Assembly (NCBI GenBank): GCA_965237415.1
Contig: CBDEFM010000002.1
Location: forward strand, 3,072,001 to 3,136,000
DNA length: 64,000 nt
Reading direction: 5' to 3'
Origin: Alphaproteobacteria bacterium
Lineage (GTDB): Bacteria > Pseudomonadota > Alphaproteobacteria > UBA828
The notes under the pieces were generated by a model that ran no database searches, was not told the origin of the DNA, and saw only the letters and a list, made by a program, of their open reading frames with translations. Of the stretch, positions 29,383-39,427 are shown in pieces (within the stretch, counting starts at the first letter, position 1; each line of letters starts with the position of its first letter). Position numbers and translations under genes: made by a program.

Positions 29383-30560
29383 GCCGTGCCCGTCGCCGCC
29401 ATGATGTCAGCGCCGATGCTGGCGCCGACCCTGGCCGCCGAAGCCTTCTCCGTATCCCGCGCCAGATGGGCGTAGCGCGCCGTGCTCTCCAGGCCCGCAT
29501 GGCCAAGCAGCCCGCCGATCATGCTCAGGCTCTCGCCCAGCGCCAGCGCCCGGCTGGCGTAGCTGTGCCGCAAGTCGTGGATGCGCATATCTTCCAGCCC
29601 GACCAGCGCCCGAAGCCGATACCAATCCCGGGTCAGGCTCGTCAGACGGACCCCTGGCTCCTTGCCCACGATCACCCAGGGATTGCCCGGAACGCGGACG
29701 ATTCCCGCCAGCACCCTCTCCGCCGTCGGCGTCAGCGCCACCATGCGCGCCCCGGTCTTGCCGGCGCGCAGGCGGAACTCCCCCGCCGTCCGGTCCACAT
29801 CGTCCCAACGCAGGGTCAGTATCTCGGTGAGCCGGCACCCGGTCAGCATCAGCAAACGGAGCGCCGCCACCGCGCAGGGCGAGACCGAGCCCGTCGCTTC
29901 CGCCTCGGTAAGCGCCCGGCCCAGGCGGCGATACTCTTCCACCGTCAGGAAGCGTCCGCGCTTGCGCTCCTTGTATTTGCGCACCGAGCGGCAGGGGTTG
30001 CCCCCCTCCGGCGCCAAGCCCCAGACCCCGGCCAGGGAGAACATCTTGGTCAGAATCATGAGCACCCGGTTGGCGGCGCGGGGGGTGTCGCGAAGTCCGT
30101 AATGCAGCACCGACACATGCCCGCCGTCAACCGCGCCTATCGGCATCGCGCCGAGGGCCGGCAGGATGTGGTTCTCGAGTGAGCCACGATAGATGCCGGC
30201 GGTGTGGGCGTTGCAGTTCAGTGCCACATGGCCGCTCATGTAGCGCTCGGCGAGATCGGCGACAGTTATCTCAGGCGGGGGCGGCGGGTTCATGGGGTCC
30301 TCGCCGCTCTTGATGCGGTCGATAACGGTGGCCGCAGTCTCGCGGGCCTGGTCGGGGGTCATCTCGCCATGGCGGCCGAGGGTGACACGCTTGGGCGCGC
30401 CCCGCGCTCTGCATTGGACGACGTAGACCTTTCGTCCCGAAGGGTAGATCCGCACGCCGAAGCCGGGGAGGTCACGATCCCAGAAGACAGTGTCCCTGGT
30501 CTCGGCGGAAAGCGCGTCGACAGTGGGCCCGCAGATGGAGAGGTCGGTTCGTTTGGGCAT
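29379..30560 (-). CDS. Tyrosine integrase with arm-binding domain (first of tandem pair)
   Basis: WDRDLPGFGVRI; TGCRLTE, GKTG, HDLRH, LLGH...TARYAH; ATGA overlap. Confidence 0.93.
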   Translation of the reverse strand: MPKRTDLSICGPTVDALSAETRDTVFWDRDLPGFGVRIYPSGRKVYVVQCRARGAPKRVTLGRHGEMTPDQARETAATVIDRIKSGEDPMNPPPPPEITVADLAERYMSGHVALNCNAHTAGIYRGSLENHILPALGAMPIGAVDGGHVSVLHYGLRDTPRAANRVLMILTKMFSLAGVWGLAPEGGNPCRSVRKYKERKRGRFLTVEEYRRLGRALTEAEATGSVSPCAVAALRLLMLTGCRLTEILTLRWDDVDRTAGEFRLRAGKTGARMVALTPTAERVLAGIVRVPGNPWVIVGKEPGVRLTSLTRDWYRLRALVGLEDMRIHDLRHSYASRALALGESLSMIGGLLGHAGLESTARYAHLARDTEKASAARVGASIGADIMAATGTA

Positions 30561-31394
30561 GACGTGCTGGCCTCGGCATTGTGGCGATGCGGATCGGATT
30601 GCGCGCATGGCTCGGGAGCGCGGCGCCGGTCTCGGAACCGTTCTCCCAGTCTTCGACGGTCTCGAACAAATCGGTTAGTGCCTCAAGGGCAACACGGAAA
30701 ATGCTAATTCGAAGAAAATGTATGTCCTAGCGGCATAGGGTCGAGGGCGCGCGGTCCATGGGGAATCCGAGCCGGCCGCCCGCAACCGGGCGCGAAAAGG
30801 CGCCGCCGGAATGGCCGACGGCGCCTGTTATCCAGTTGCACCTTGTGGTCGTAACTGAAAGAGATCGCCCCGAAAAGATCGTCTTGCGCACCGTGTTGGG
30901 CGGCACTTTCACCCTCCGAACAGTCTCCTTGAGCGGAAGATCTATGTAAGCAATGCCGACAGATCCGCGCGATCGTTTCCGCAACCGATATCTCCCCCGC
31001 ACCTCATCCGGCCAGATAACGAGGTGAGTTCAGGTTCACAGAGTCGGTTGTGAATCGGCGCGCGGATTCGACGCCGATCAGCGCACTAAAGTTAATTTCT
31101 CATAAGTTACAGGGGTCGAGATTGCATGCCGAACCACAGCTGGTGAGGTTGGCACGCCTGGGCATGGAGGCGTCGCGGCTGGTCGGATCCTCCAGACGGT
31201 TCACTGAGCAGTACCGTCATCATTATGCAAGCGACCGTCATCATATTCGAGCGCGTTCAAGGTTGTGATAGTTGGGTATTCGATATCCGGGCTGCTGGCG
31301 AGGGGGGTGAAAATGCGCAGCAAATACCCATAGTTATCGTATTCCGGCGCACGCCTGTCTGGAGTTGGCGCAATAGCGCTACACGTCGGTTGGG

Positions 31395-31523
31395 CGAGGC
31401 CTCTTCAAACTGAGGAGAGCCTCGAGCCATGAAGAAGACGAAGCTGACTCGCAGTTTGCTGGCGGCGTGCTCGATCGTCGCCCTCTCGGCCGTCATGTAC
31501 GGCTGCGTCCACGATGGAGACGA
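31395..31523 (+). repeat. 129-bp inverted repeat, copy 2
   Basis: See 27337-27465. Confidence 0.97.
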
Positions 31524-33246
31524 TCCGGCGCCGGCGACTGACATGGGCATGGAAATGCCGACGACTCCTGAGGCTCTTGCTTGCGACGCGGGGGCGTCCC
31601 AGGCATGTGTGGACGCCCGCCAGGCGGAGCTTGACGCCATCGAGGCCGATGACGATGCCACCGTGGGCGAGCTCAATGCGGCCGAACTGGCCCTTACCGA
31701 TGCGCAGACCGCGCTTGCCGACGCCAACACGGCGGCGGCGGAAGAGATGACGGTCTCGGGTCTTATCGACGACGCCATGACGGCCATTGCCGACATCGAC
31801 GATGAGTCCACACCCGCGGCGGTCGCCACGGGCCGGGCTGCCATCGATGCGGCGCAAGACTCGCTGGACGGGATGGAGAACCTGTCCGCCGACGCTACGG
31901 CGGCCCTCCAGGGCCGGATCGACGCCCTCGAGAGCAGCTTCGCGCCGAATGAAATGGCGGTGGCGATCTCGGCCGCGACCGCGGCGGCGGGCACGAAGTC
32001 GACGGCCGTCGGTGCCGAGGCCGATCAGACGGGAGACGCAGGGCTCGGAGGCAGCGACGCTCCACAGACCGGCACTGCCGGGGCCTACAGCATGACCATC
32101 GAGAACGATGGCACCGGCGCGACGGTCAAGATCGAGTTGGAAGATGCTGCGGACGACGATCCGAAGTTCGTCGATCAGGAGGCGGGCCTGGATGGTGGAC
32201 GCTCCATGCACGTTCGCGCGATGGAAGCGGATGAAGACGGCAACGTGGTGGAAGAAGTCGTCATCGTCAGCACCGACATCGAGGGGCCCAAGGCCACGGC
32301 GTTCGCGATGGTCCATGATCTTAACGCCAACCCTGAAACCACAGGCGGCGGCGACTTCCAATCTCTCGACATCGCCGCTGGTAATTTGGCGATGATGATG
32401 ACGGATGGCATTACTTCGACAGGATCAGGTGAGATCACTCTCCTGGCAGCGGTCGAGGACAACGACGAAACCGATGAGGATGAGACTGTTGCGGCTTTTG
32501 AAACCGCAGCCACCTTCGACGGCGCGCCGGGCACATTGAAGTGCGGCGGCGCCACCGACTGCAGAGCCACGCTCGACGCGATGGGCATGATCACCGCAGT
32601 GGCCGGTGGCTGGATCTTCACTCCCGATGCGGACGTCAGGGTCGACGTGGATGACGCGGACTACCTCCGCTACGGCTTCTGGCTGCAGCGGACGACGGAC
32701 GCAGACGGCGCGGTCACCTACGACGAGGTCGAGACCTTCGCCGGTTCGTCGATTGAGGCAAGCGGCAGTGTTGCTCAGATTAGAGGCAGCGCAACCTATA
32801 AAGGCGGCGCGGTCGGCGTGTACGTGAGGGAAGTGTACAAGGCGGAAGATGGTAGTGTCGACACGGCCACCTCCGGTCACTTCGCGGCGAAGGCCAACCT
32901 GACGGCGACATTCAACCAGACGGTGAATGACCCTGATACGACCATCGACGAAGCAGATTCCATCGCGCCACGACTGCTGAACACCCTCAGCGGAACCATC
33001 AACAACTTCGTCCTGCAACATGGCGAGGCGAACGACTGGGCGGTGGACTTGCAAGGTGACATCGATACCAGCGTTGGCACCGCGAACGGCACGGCCAATG
33101 GTGGCGGCGCGGAAGGCTCGTACAGCGCCACGTTCCATGGTCCGACGACGGACGATGCCCAGCCGCACACCGTTGTCGGCGAGTTCAACGCCAACTTCGG
33201 TAACGGCACCGCGGCCGGCGGCTTCGGCGCGCGGAAGCAGGACTAG
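31429..33246 (+). CDS. Slam-dependent acidic surface lipoprotein with helical N-domain and TbpB-like barrel, 605 aa
   Basis: RBS GAGGAG; lipobox MYGC; GSATYKGGAVG...NLTATF...LSGTINNF...GEFNANF...GGFGA. Confidence 0.88.
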   Translation: MKKTKLTRSLLAACSIVALSAVMYGCVHDGDDPAPATDMGMEMPTTPEALACDAGASQACVDARQAELDAIEADDDATVGELNAAELALTDAQTALADANTAAAEEMTVSGLIDDAMTAIADIDDESTPAAVATGRAAIDAAQDSLDGMENLSADATAALQGRIDALESSFAPNEMAVAISAATAAAGTKSTAVGAEADQTGDAGLGGSDAPQTGTAGAYSMTIENDGTGATVKIELEDAADDDPKFVDQEAGLDGGRSMHVRAMEADEDGNVVEEVVIVSTDIEGPKATAFAMVHDLNANPETTGGGDFQSLDIAAGNLAMMMTDGITSTGSGEITLLAAVEDNDETDEDETVAAFETAATFDGAPGTLKCGGATDCRATLDAMGMITAVAGGWIFTPDADVRVDVDDADYLRYGFWLQRTTDADGAVTYDEVETFAGSSIEASGSVAQIRGSATYKGGAVGVYVREVYKAEDGSVDTATSGHFAAKANLTATFNQTVNDPDTTIDEADSIAPRLLNTLSGTINNFVLQHGEANDWAVDLQGDIDTSVGTANGTANGGGAEGSYSATFHGPTTDDAQPHTVVGEFNANFGNGTAAGGFGARKQD

Positions 33247-33303
33247 AACAGCAGGTCCGGGTCTCTTCGATGAGACCCTGACCTTTTGGGTCAAACTTGC
33301 GGG

Positions 33304-33334
33304 AGAGGGTGGCAGGTTCTGCCACCCTCTTTTT
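33304..33334 (+). terminator. Intrinsic terminator between lipoprotein and Slam
   Basis: AGAGGGTGGCAG-GTT-CTGCCACCCTCT-TTTT. Confidence 0.8.
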
Positions 33335-33360
33335 CTGTCCCCCGACCATCCTTCAGAGTC

Positions 33361-34794
33361 ATGGTTTCGACACTCATCCCTCTCCGCCGCGCGCCGGCGG
33401 CCACGGCCGGCCTGTTCCTCGGCTCTCTTGCAATCGCCGTCTGTCTCGTGCTCGCCGCGCCGGCCTGGGGCGCCGGTGACGAGGGGAAGGCGCCGCCCTC
33501 TCCCGAGACTTCTGCCGTCGAGGCCGAGGCGGAGGCGCGGGCGCTGATGGCGGCCGGCCGCTTCGCCGAGGCGCTCGCCATCCTGCGGCCGCCTGTGGAA
33601 GCCGGGGCGGTGCCGGCCATCCTGGTCTTCCTCTATGGCCTTGCGGCGTCGGAGACATCGCAGCAGCCGGGCCTTGACGATGACGCGCGCGAGGCGCTGC
33701 TGAACGAGGCCATCGGCGCCTTCCACGCCATGCTGGTCGAGGCGCCGGGGCTGGTGCGGGTGCGGCTGGAGCTGGCACGCGCGTTCTTCTTCAAGGGCGA
33801 GGACGATCTGGCGCGGCGCCACTTCGAGGCGGTGCTGGCCGGCGGCGTGCCGGAGGCGGTGGCCGCCAACGTCCAGGACTTCCTCGCCGCGATGCGGGCT
33901 CGCAATCGCTGGAGCTTCAATGTCGGAGCGGCGCTGGCGCCGGACAGCAACATCGGTGCCGGCTCCGAGGAGCGCACCATCTATATCCATTTCTTTGGCC
34001 AGGACTTTCCGTTCGAGCGGACCGCGGAGGAGCTTACGACCTCCGGCATCGGTGTCTCGGTCTGGGGTGGGGCCGAGTATCAGGTGCCGCTGGCGGAGCG
34101 CTGGCGGCTCCGCGCAGGCGGCGAGGCGGCGCGGCGGGAGTACGGGGGCTCCGAGTTCGATCAGCTCTTCGTCGCCACCCATCTCGGCCCGCGCTGGCTG
34201 GTGGACCGCGACACGGCGGCGAGCCTGCTGGCAAGCGCCCGCCAGCGCTGGACCGGCACTGTGCCGGACAATCGCGATCTCGGCGCCCGCCTGGAGCTGG
34301 GGCACCGGGTGAGCCCGCGGGTGACGGTGTCGGGGCAGGCCTCCTGGCACGACCGGCGCTACCGGACGCGGAGCCATCTGGACGGGCCGATCATGGATGC
34401 GTCGCTCAGGGGCTCCTGGGTGGTGACGCCGACGGTGCGGGCGAACTTGTCGGCGGGTTATGGGCAGGAGCGCCCCGAGAGCGAGCCCTATCGCAACCGC
34501 AGTCGCTGGCTGGGTGCGGGTGTTACCGTGATCCTGCCGCTGGGGTTTACGGTGGGCGGCGGCGGCGAGGTGCGCTGGACCGACTTCGACGACGAATGGT
34601 TCCGGCACACGCCGCCCGGCGAAGACAGGGCGGACCGCACGCGCAGCCTGCGGCTCTCGGTCCACAACCGTGCCTTCACCGTCTACGGCTTCAGTCCCGA
34701 ACTTGTGGTGGTGAACGAGGAGCGTGAGACCAACGCCCAGCTCTACGACTACCAGCGCACGCGCGGCGAGCTGCGTTTCGTGCGGCAGTTCTAG
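33361..34794 (+). CDS. Slam (TPR + DUF560 barrel), paralogue of 23917-25362
   Basis: Same motifs; the C-terminal barrel is highly similar to the first Slam. Confidence 0.88.
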   Translation: MVSTLIPLRRAPAATAGLFLGSLAIAVCLVLAAPAWGAGDEGKAPPSPETSAVEAEAEARALMAAGRFAEALAILRPPVEAGAVPAILVFLYGLAASETSQQPGLDDDAREALLNEAIGAFHAMLVEAPGLVRVRLELARAFFFKGEDDLARRHFEAVLAGGVPEAVAANVQDFLAAMRARNRWSFNVGAALAPDSNIGAGSEERTIYIHFFGQDFPFERTAEELTTSGIGVSVWGGAEYQVPLAERWRLRAGGEAARREYGGSEFDQLFVATHLGPRWLVDRDTAASLLASARQRWTGTVPDNRDLGARLELGHRVSPRVTVSGQASWHDRRYRTRSHLDGPIMDASLRGSWVVTPTVRANLSAGYGQERPESEPYRNRSRWLGAGVTVILPLGFTVGGGGEVRWTDFDDEWFRHTPPGEDRADRTRSLRLSVHNRAFTVYGFSPELVVVNEERETNAQLYDYQRTRGELRFVRQF

Positions 34795-35171
34795 TCTTTC
34801 CGGACGGCCTCTTCGTCGAGAGGGCACGGGCAGGGATACCACGTGGCCCACCGTCTGTTGCCAATGAACCTCGACTGCCGCCTGGGCGGAGGTGCAGTTG
34901 CAGCCCTGTGCGTCTGTCGGCCGAAGCTGCTGCGCTCGGCGACGACGGGATGCTCGGCTACTGGGTGTGCGATCCTGACCATGCCGACCAGCGCGGGATA
35001 CGGCGGGGAACTATTCACCCCTCTTACCACACTGGCCGAGACGTTTCGGACAGCACTGCAGCGGCGGTCGCTGGCGCTATTGCCCACTTGCAGCCGGCAT
35101 CATTCCTTCTATGTACGTTTCATGGAGAGGCGCGAAGTCCTTGATCGCGCAGCCGCAAGGGGAGGGCCGCG

Positions 35172-38100
35172 ATGGTAGCCTCGATCGGCAAGATCGTCTC
35201 GCCGGCGCAGGGCGTGAACTATTATGAGCGCGACGGCTACTACGCGAGGGACGATCCGGCACACCAGGAGGCGAGCGCCTGGGCCGGCAAGGGCGCCGAT
35301 GCTCTGGGCCTCTCCGGCCCCGTCGATCCCGACACCTTCACCGCCATCCTCGAAGGCGAAGTGCCGGACGGCCCGAAGCTCGGCAGACGGGACAAGGACG
35401 GCGACATCCACCACAGGCCGGGCCGCGACGTCACCCTGTCGGCGCCCAAGTCGGTCTCGCTCGCCGCTCTGATCTGTGGCGACCATCGAATCGTCACGGC
35501 GCACGACCGTGCCGTGCAACGCACCCTCGCCTGGATCGAGGCAAACGCCATCGAAACCAGGATGCGGGACCCGTCCACCGGCACGATGGTACGCGCCGGC
35601 GGGCAAGAAATGGTGGTGGCTACCTTCCGCCATGACACCTCGCGCAACCTGGATCCCCAGCTTCATACCCATTGCGTGATTGCGAACATGGTCCGGGGCG
35701 GCGATGGCAAATGGCGGACCATGGTCGATGACGGGCTTTACGGCGGGAAAATGACCATCGGTGCCATCTACCGGGCAGAGCTCGCGCGGGGTCTGAAGGA
35801 CCTCGGCTACCAGATCGAAAAGACCCACACGGACGGGCGATTCGAGCTCGCCGGTGTGCCGCGCAAGGTGATCGATGCGTTCTCGACGCGTCGTGCCGAG
35901 ATCGAAGCAGCCATGAAGGCGCGCGACCTTGGAGCGCCGATCGACGATCCGAGGCTCGCGGATCGGACGGCGCTGATGACGCGGGCGCACAAGCGCGACA
36001 CAGATAAGGACGCGCTGCGCCAGGACTGGTCGCGCCAGGCGCTGGAATTGGGCTTCTCAGCCGACACCTTGGTCGAGATCGCCTCGGCGCGGGAGGCCCA
36101 AGTCCGCGACAGCGTGATGCAAGACCACGGCGATATTGTCGCTTACCGCGATCACGCCGCGCGCTGCGAATACATGACGGTTGGAACTGCAGCCTGGGCG
36201 GCGTGGCATCTCGGCGAGCGCGAAGCAGTGTTCTCCCATGCGTCGCTGCTCGCCGCGACGCTCGCGTGCGATCCCGGCGCGATCACCGTCGATGCGGCCG
36301 AACAGTCTATCGACGCGTTCCAACGAGCCGGTCGCCTGAACGAGGCAACCGGTCTCAAGCACGGCAAGCACTGGACCACGGACGCGGCGCTCGCAAGCGA
36401 GTCCGAGACCATCGCCCTGATGCAGACCGGCCAGGGCAAGAGCAAGCCCATCATGAAGCGCTGGGTTGCGGAGACGAAGCTCCATCGCGGCCGGCTCAAC
36501 GACGGACAGAAGGAGGCGGTCAAGATCATCCTCTCCACCAGGGACCGGGTGGTGGGAGTCCAGGGCTACGCCGGCACCGGCAAGACCACGATGCTGAACC
36601 GGCTCCGCTCTCTAGCGGAGAAACAGGGCTACCACGTGACCGGCCTCGCGCCGTCGGCATCCGCTGCGCGCACCCTGGAGAGGGAAGCGGGCATCGAGAG
36701 TGAGACCCTGCAGCGCTTCGTCGCCCGCCATGCCGGCATTGCAGAAGGACGTGGAACCCAGAAGGGCATTCGCAATCTGCGATCCACCTACCAGAAGACG
36801 CTCCTGGTGGTGGACGAAAGCTCGCTGGCGTCGACCGAACAAATGCGCGACCTGCTGAGGATCGCGACAACGCTGCGCACCGCCCGTGTCGTTCTGGTTG
36901 GCGACGAGAAGCAGTTGGACGGTGTGGAGGCGGGAACGCCCTTCGCCCAGTTGCAGAAGGCCGGCATGAGCACGGCGGTGATGGACGAGATCGTGCGCCA
37001 GCGCGACACACTATTAAGAGAGGCGGTGCGTGCGGGCCTCGCGGGTGAGGTCAAGACGGCCTTCGAGAAGCTCGGAGATCGCGTGTCGGAGGTGACACGG
37101 GATCATCTCGGCGCCGATGTGGCGGAACGCTGGCTCGAATGTTCACCCGAAGAACGCGAGAGCACCGAGGTGATCGCGCCCACGCGAGCGCTGCGGGACG
37201 AGATCAATGAACGGATCCGCGCGCGCTTGTTCGAGGAAGGCGCAATCCACGGACCGGCGATGGCAAGCGAGAAACTGATCTCACGGGGCATGACCAACGC
37301 CGAGATGGCGGTGGCGTCGAACTATGCCGAGGGCGACACGGTGATCTTCAGCCGCCGTTACAAGACACTCGGCGTCGAGAAGGGCGATGAGAGGGAGGTC
37401 GCCAAGGTCGATCACCAGAGACACACCGTCCATCTCCGGGACAGCGAGGGACACGTGGTCGAGTGGAAGCCCTACCTTATCGCCGCGGCCAAGGGCGGTG
37501 TGGAGGTGTACCGGAGCGAGGCAATGGAGTTCCGCACCGGCGATCGTGTGCGCTTTACGCGCAACGATCCAGCGTCCGGCTTGGTCAACGGGCAGGTCGC
37601 TAAGGTTGAAGCGATCGAACAGGATGGCGCTCGGTTCCGTTTGGAGGACGGAACCGCGATCAGACTTTCGGCAAGCGATCCTCAACTTCGTCACGTGGAT
37701 CGCGCATGCGCGTCGACCGTTCACGCCTTTCAGGGCCGGACTGTGGACAACGTGATCGCGGCCATGGTCTCAGACCATCCGCATTTGACGACGCAGAAAT
37801 CGTTTTACGTCGCTATCAGCCGCGCGCGTAACAGCTCCGAGCTGGTCACCGACGACGCGGCGACGCTCTCACACCATCTCGAAAAGGCCACCGGGGAGCG
37901 CATCGCAGCGCTCGACGCGGTCAAGACGTACGTCACACTTGCGGTCGTGATCGACGACGACATGGAGCGCGAGCGTGACGCCGGCCGCAATCAGCGCGCG
38001 CAAGAGGCCGCTCACAGCCGCGATGTTGCGCGAGAAGATTTGGCATCGCGCGATCCTGAGCGCGAATCTGCACGCAATGTCGAGCACGAAGTGACGCGTG

Positions 38101-38282
38101 AATCGGAGAAGCGCGACGCCGATCGGCACCAGCGCGAACGTCAGCCCGCCGACCCAGTGCACGAAGGCGAACGGAAATCGGAGCCACCGCGCGCACCGGA
38201 CCGCGATCCCGCGCCCCAGGCCGAGAAGGAATCGAAAGAGAAAAAGATCGAGTTGGACTTCGAATTGGAGCTGGAGTTGTAG
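35172..38282 (+). CDS. MobF (TrwC/TraI-like) relaxase-helicase
   Basis: YYERDGYY, DVTLSAPKSVS, HDTSRNLDPQLHTH, GYAGTGKT, VDESS, TVHAFQG. Confidence 0.95.
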   Translation: MVASIGKIVSPAQGVNYYERDGYYARDDPAHQEASAWAGKGADALGLSGPVDPDTFTAILEGEVPDGPKLGRRDKDGDIHHRPGRDVTLSAPKSVSLAALICGDHRIVTAHDRAVQRTLAWIEANAIETRMRDPSTGTMVRAGGQEMVVATFRHDTSRNLDPQLHTHCVIANMVRGGDGKWRTMVDDGLYGGKMTIGAIYRAELARGLKDLGYQIEKTHTDGRFELAGVPRKVIDAFSTRRAEIEAAMKARDLGAPIDDPRLADRTALMTRAHKRDTDKDALRQDWSRQALELGFSADTLVEIASAREAQVRDSVMQDHGDIVAYRDHAARCEYMTVGTAAWAAWHLGEREAVFSHASLLAATLACDPGAITVDAAEQSIDAFQRAGRLNEATGLKHGKHWTTDAALASESETIALMQTGQGKSKPIMKRWVAETKLHRGRLNDGQKEAVKIILSTRDRVVGVQGYAGTGKTTMLNRLRSLAEKQGYHVTGLAPSASAARTLEREAGIESETLQRFVARHAGIAEGRGTQKGIRNLRSTYQKTLLVVDESSLASTEQMRDLLRIATTLRTARVVLVGDEKQLDGVEAGTPFAQLQKAGMSTAVMDEIVRQRDTLLREAVRAGLAGEVKTAFEKLGDRVSEVTRDHLGADVAERWLECSPEERESTEVIAPTRALRDEINERIRARLFEEGAIHGPAMASEKLISRGMTNAEMAVASNYAEGDTVIFSRRYKTLGVEKGDEREVAKVDHQRHTVHLRDSEGHVVEWKPYLIAAAKGGVEVYRSEAMEFRTGDRVRFTRNDPASGLVNGQVAKVEAIEQDGARFRLEDGTAIRLSASDPQLRHVDRACASTVHAFQGRTVDNVIAAMVSDHPHLTTQKSFYVAISRARNSSELVTDDAATLSHHLEKATGERIAALDAVKTYVTLAVVIDDDMERERDAGRNQRAQEAAHSRDVAREDLASRDPERESARNVEHEVTRESEKRDADRHQRERQPADPVHEGERKSEPPRAPDRDPAPQAEKESKEKKIELDFELELEL

Positions 38283-38396
38283 ATAACCGCGCTGCTTCCG
38301 GCCACGTCATGCACGAGAGACGTGCCGGCGTGGACGCACGGTGACGTGAAACGACGGCACCGAGTTTGCAAATGGGTTCCTGCTTATCCCTGAAAG

Positions 38397-39332
38397 TCAT
38401 CCGGCGATGAGGAGGCGATAGGGCATGGGCTCGGTGCGTGCGGCGCTATGGACGAAACGCGGGATCATGGTTTCGAGTTGATAGCGCCGGTTGTAGCGCC
38501 AGGCGAAACTGGCGAGGTAGCGCCCGGTGTGATCGGGGCCGAGCTTGCGATAGGTCCCGGTGATCGCGCACTCGATGTTGCCGAGCGTCGTGTTCACCCA
38601 TTTGAACGGCGCCATGCGGGCCGCCTGTCGGCCCGACCCGGTGCGGATTGCCTGAGGGCTGCGGGCGATCTCGTCGAGTGCGCTCCAGCAGCCCAGGCCG
38701 TCCGTCACAACCGCCGCTCCGGGGGCCAGCCAGTGCTTGGCGCCGCGCGCGATCTCGCGCTTGCGGAAGCCCTTGACCGGCGCCAGCTTCAGCTTGCGCG
38801 GGCGCCCCTCGGGACTGGTCGAGACCGCCGCCACGAAGGGCGTTTTGCCCGCCGCGCCGCGGCCCCGCTTGCCGCCGGAGCGCACCCCGCCGAGCCAGGC
38901 GTCGTCCATCTCGACCCGCCCCGTAAGCGGCGTCTCCCCCTCACGCCGCGCCATCACCGCCATGATCTTGTGCTTCACGGCCCAGGCCGTCGGCTGCTTG
39001 ACCCCGAGACGGCGGCCGAGTTCCACCGACGAGATGCCGTTCTTCGCCGTCACGATCAGGTGGATGGCGGCGAACCAGAGTGTCAGCGGCAGCTTGGTCG
39101 CATGGAAGATCGTGCCCGCCGTGGGCGATGTCTGCTTCTTGCACCGGTTGCATTGATAGAGACCCCGCCCCGCCAGCACGCAATGCCCGCGATGGCCGCA
39201 GCAGGGGCAGAGGAAGCCGTCCGGCCAGCGCAGCCGGAGCAGCGCCGCGCGGCACTGCTCCTCGGTGCCGAAGGCCTCCCGAAACGCCTCGTCGCTCAGA
39301 CCACGCACGCGCGATGCAACCTTGAACCTCAT
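38397..39332 (-). CDS. IS1595-family transposase
   Basis: RWPDGFLCPCCG...YQCNRC..QTS..AGTIFH, VEMDD, VVTDG, RYLASFAWRYNRR. Confidence 0.92.
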   Translation of the reverse strand: MRFKVASRVRGLSDEAFREAFGTEEQCRAALLRLRWPDGFLCPCCGHRGHCVLAGRGLYQCNRCKKQTSPTAGTIFHATKLPLTLWFAAIHLIVTAKNGISSVELGRRLGVKQPTAWAVKHKIMAVMARREGETPLTGRVEMDDAWLGGVRSGGKRGRGAAGKTPFVAAVSTSPEGRPRKLKLAPVKGFRKREIARGAKHWLAPGAAVVTDGLGCWSALDEIARSPQAIRTGSGRQAARMAPFKWVNTTLGNIECAITGTYRKLGPDHTGRYLASFAWRYNRRYQLETMIPRFVHSAARTEPMPYRLLIAG

Positions 39333-39352
39333 AACCGTGACCCCCTCATACG

Positions 39353-39367
39353 GAACATATTGAGAAC
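39353..39367 (-). promoter_or_regulatory. Alphaproteobacterial LexA box upstream of the IS1595 transposase
   Basis: GAAC-ATATTGA-GAAC (GTTC-N7-GTTC on the minus strand); conserved in copy 2 at 40152-40166. Confidence 0.65.
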
Positions 39368-39427
39368 ATACAGCCTCACATGCGGAGTGTCACGGATAAG
39401 CAGGTTCCGAAATGACGGAAAACCTAA

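Larger units (their letters stand above)
38379..39404 (-). mobile_element. IS1595-family element, copy 1
   Basis: IRs CCTGCTTATCC.TGA / TCA.GGATAAGCAGG. Confidence 0.9.

Noticed and set aside
28123-30560. Classical integron
   Set aside because: The integrases have arm-binding domains and lack the IntI-specific insertion; no attC array is visible
31149-31166. Sigma-54 promoter TGGCAC upstream of lipoprotein-605
   Set aside because: The -12 GC is off by one base and lacks TTGC
22166-33246. Diversity-generating retroelement acting on the lipoproteins
   Set aside because: No reverse transcriptase and no TR/VR pair with adenine-specific mismatches seen
35102-35116. LexA-like boxes upstream of the relaxase (and at 54158-54172)
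   Set aside because: One or two mismatches to GTTC-N7-GTTC and not replicated; too weak
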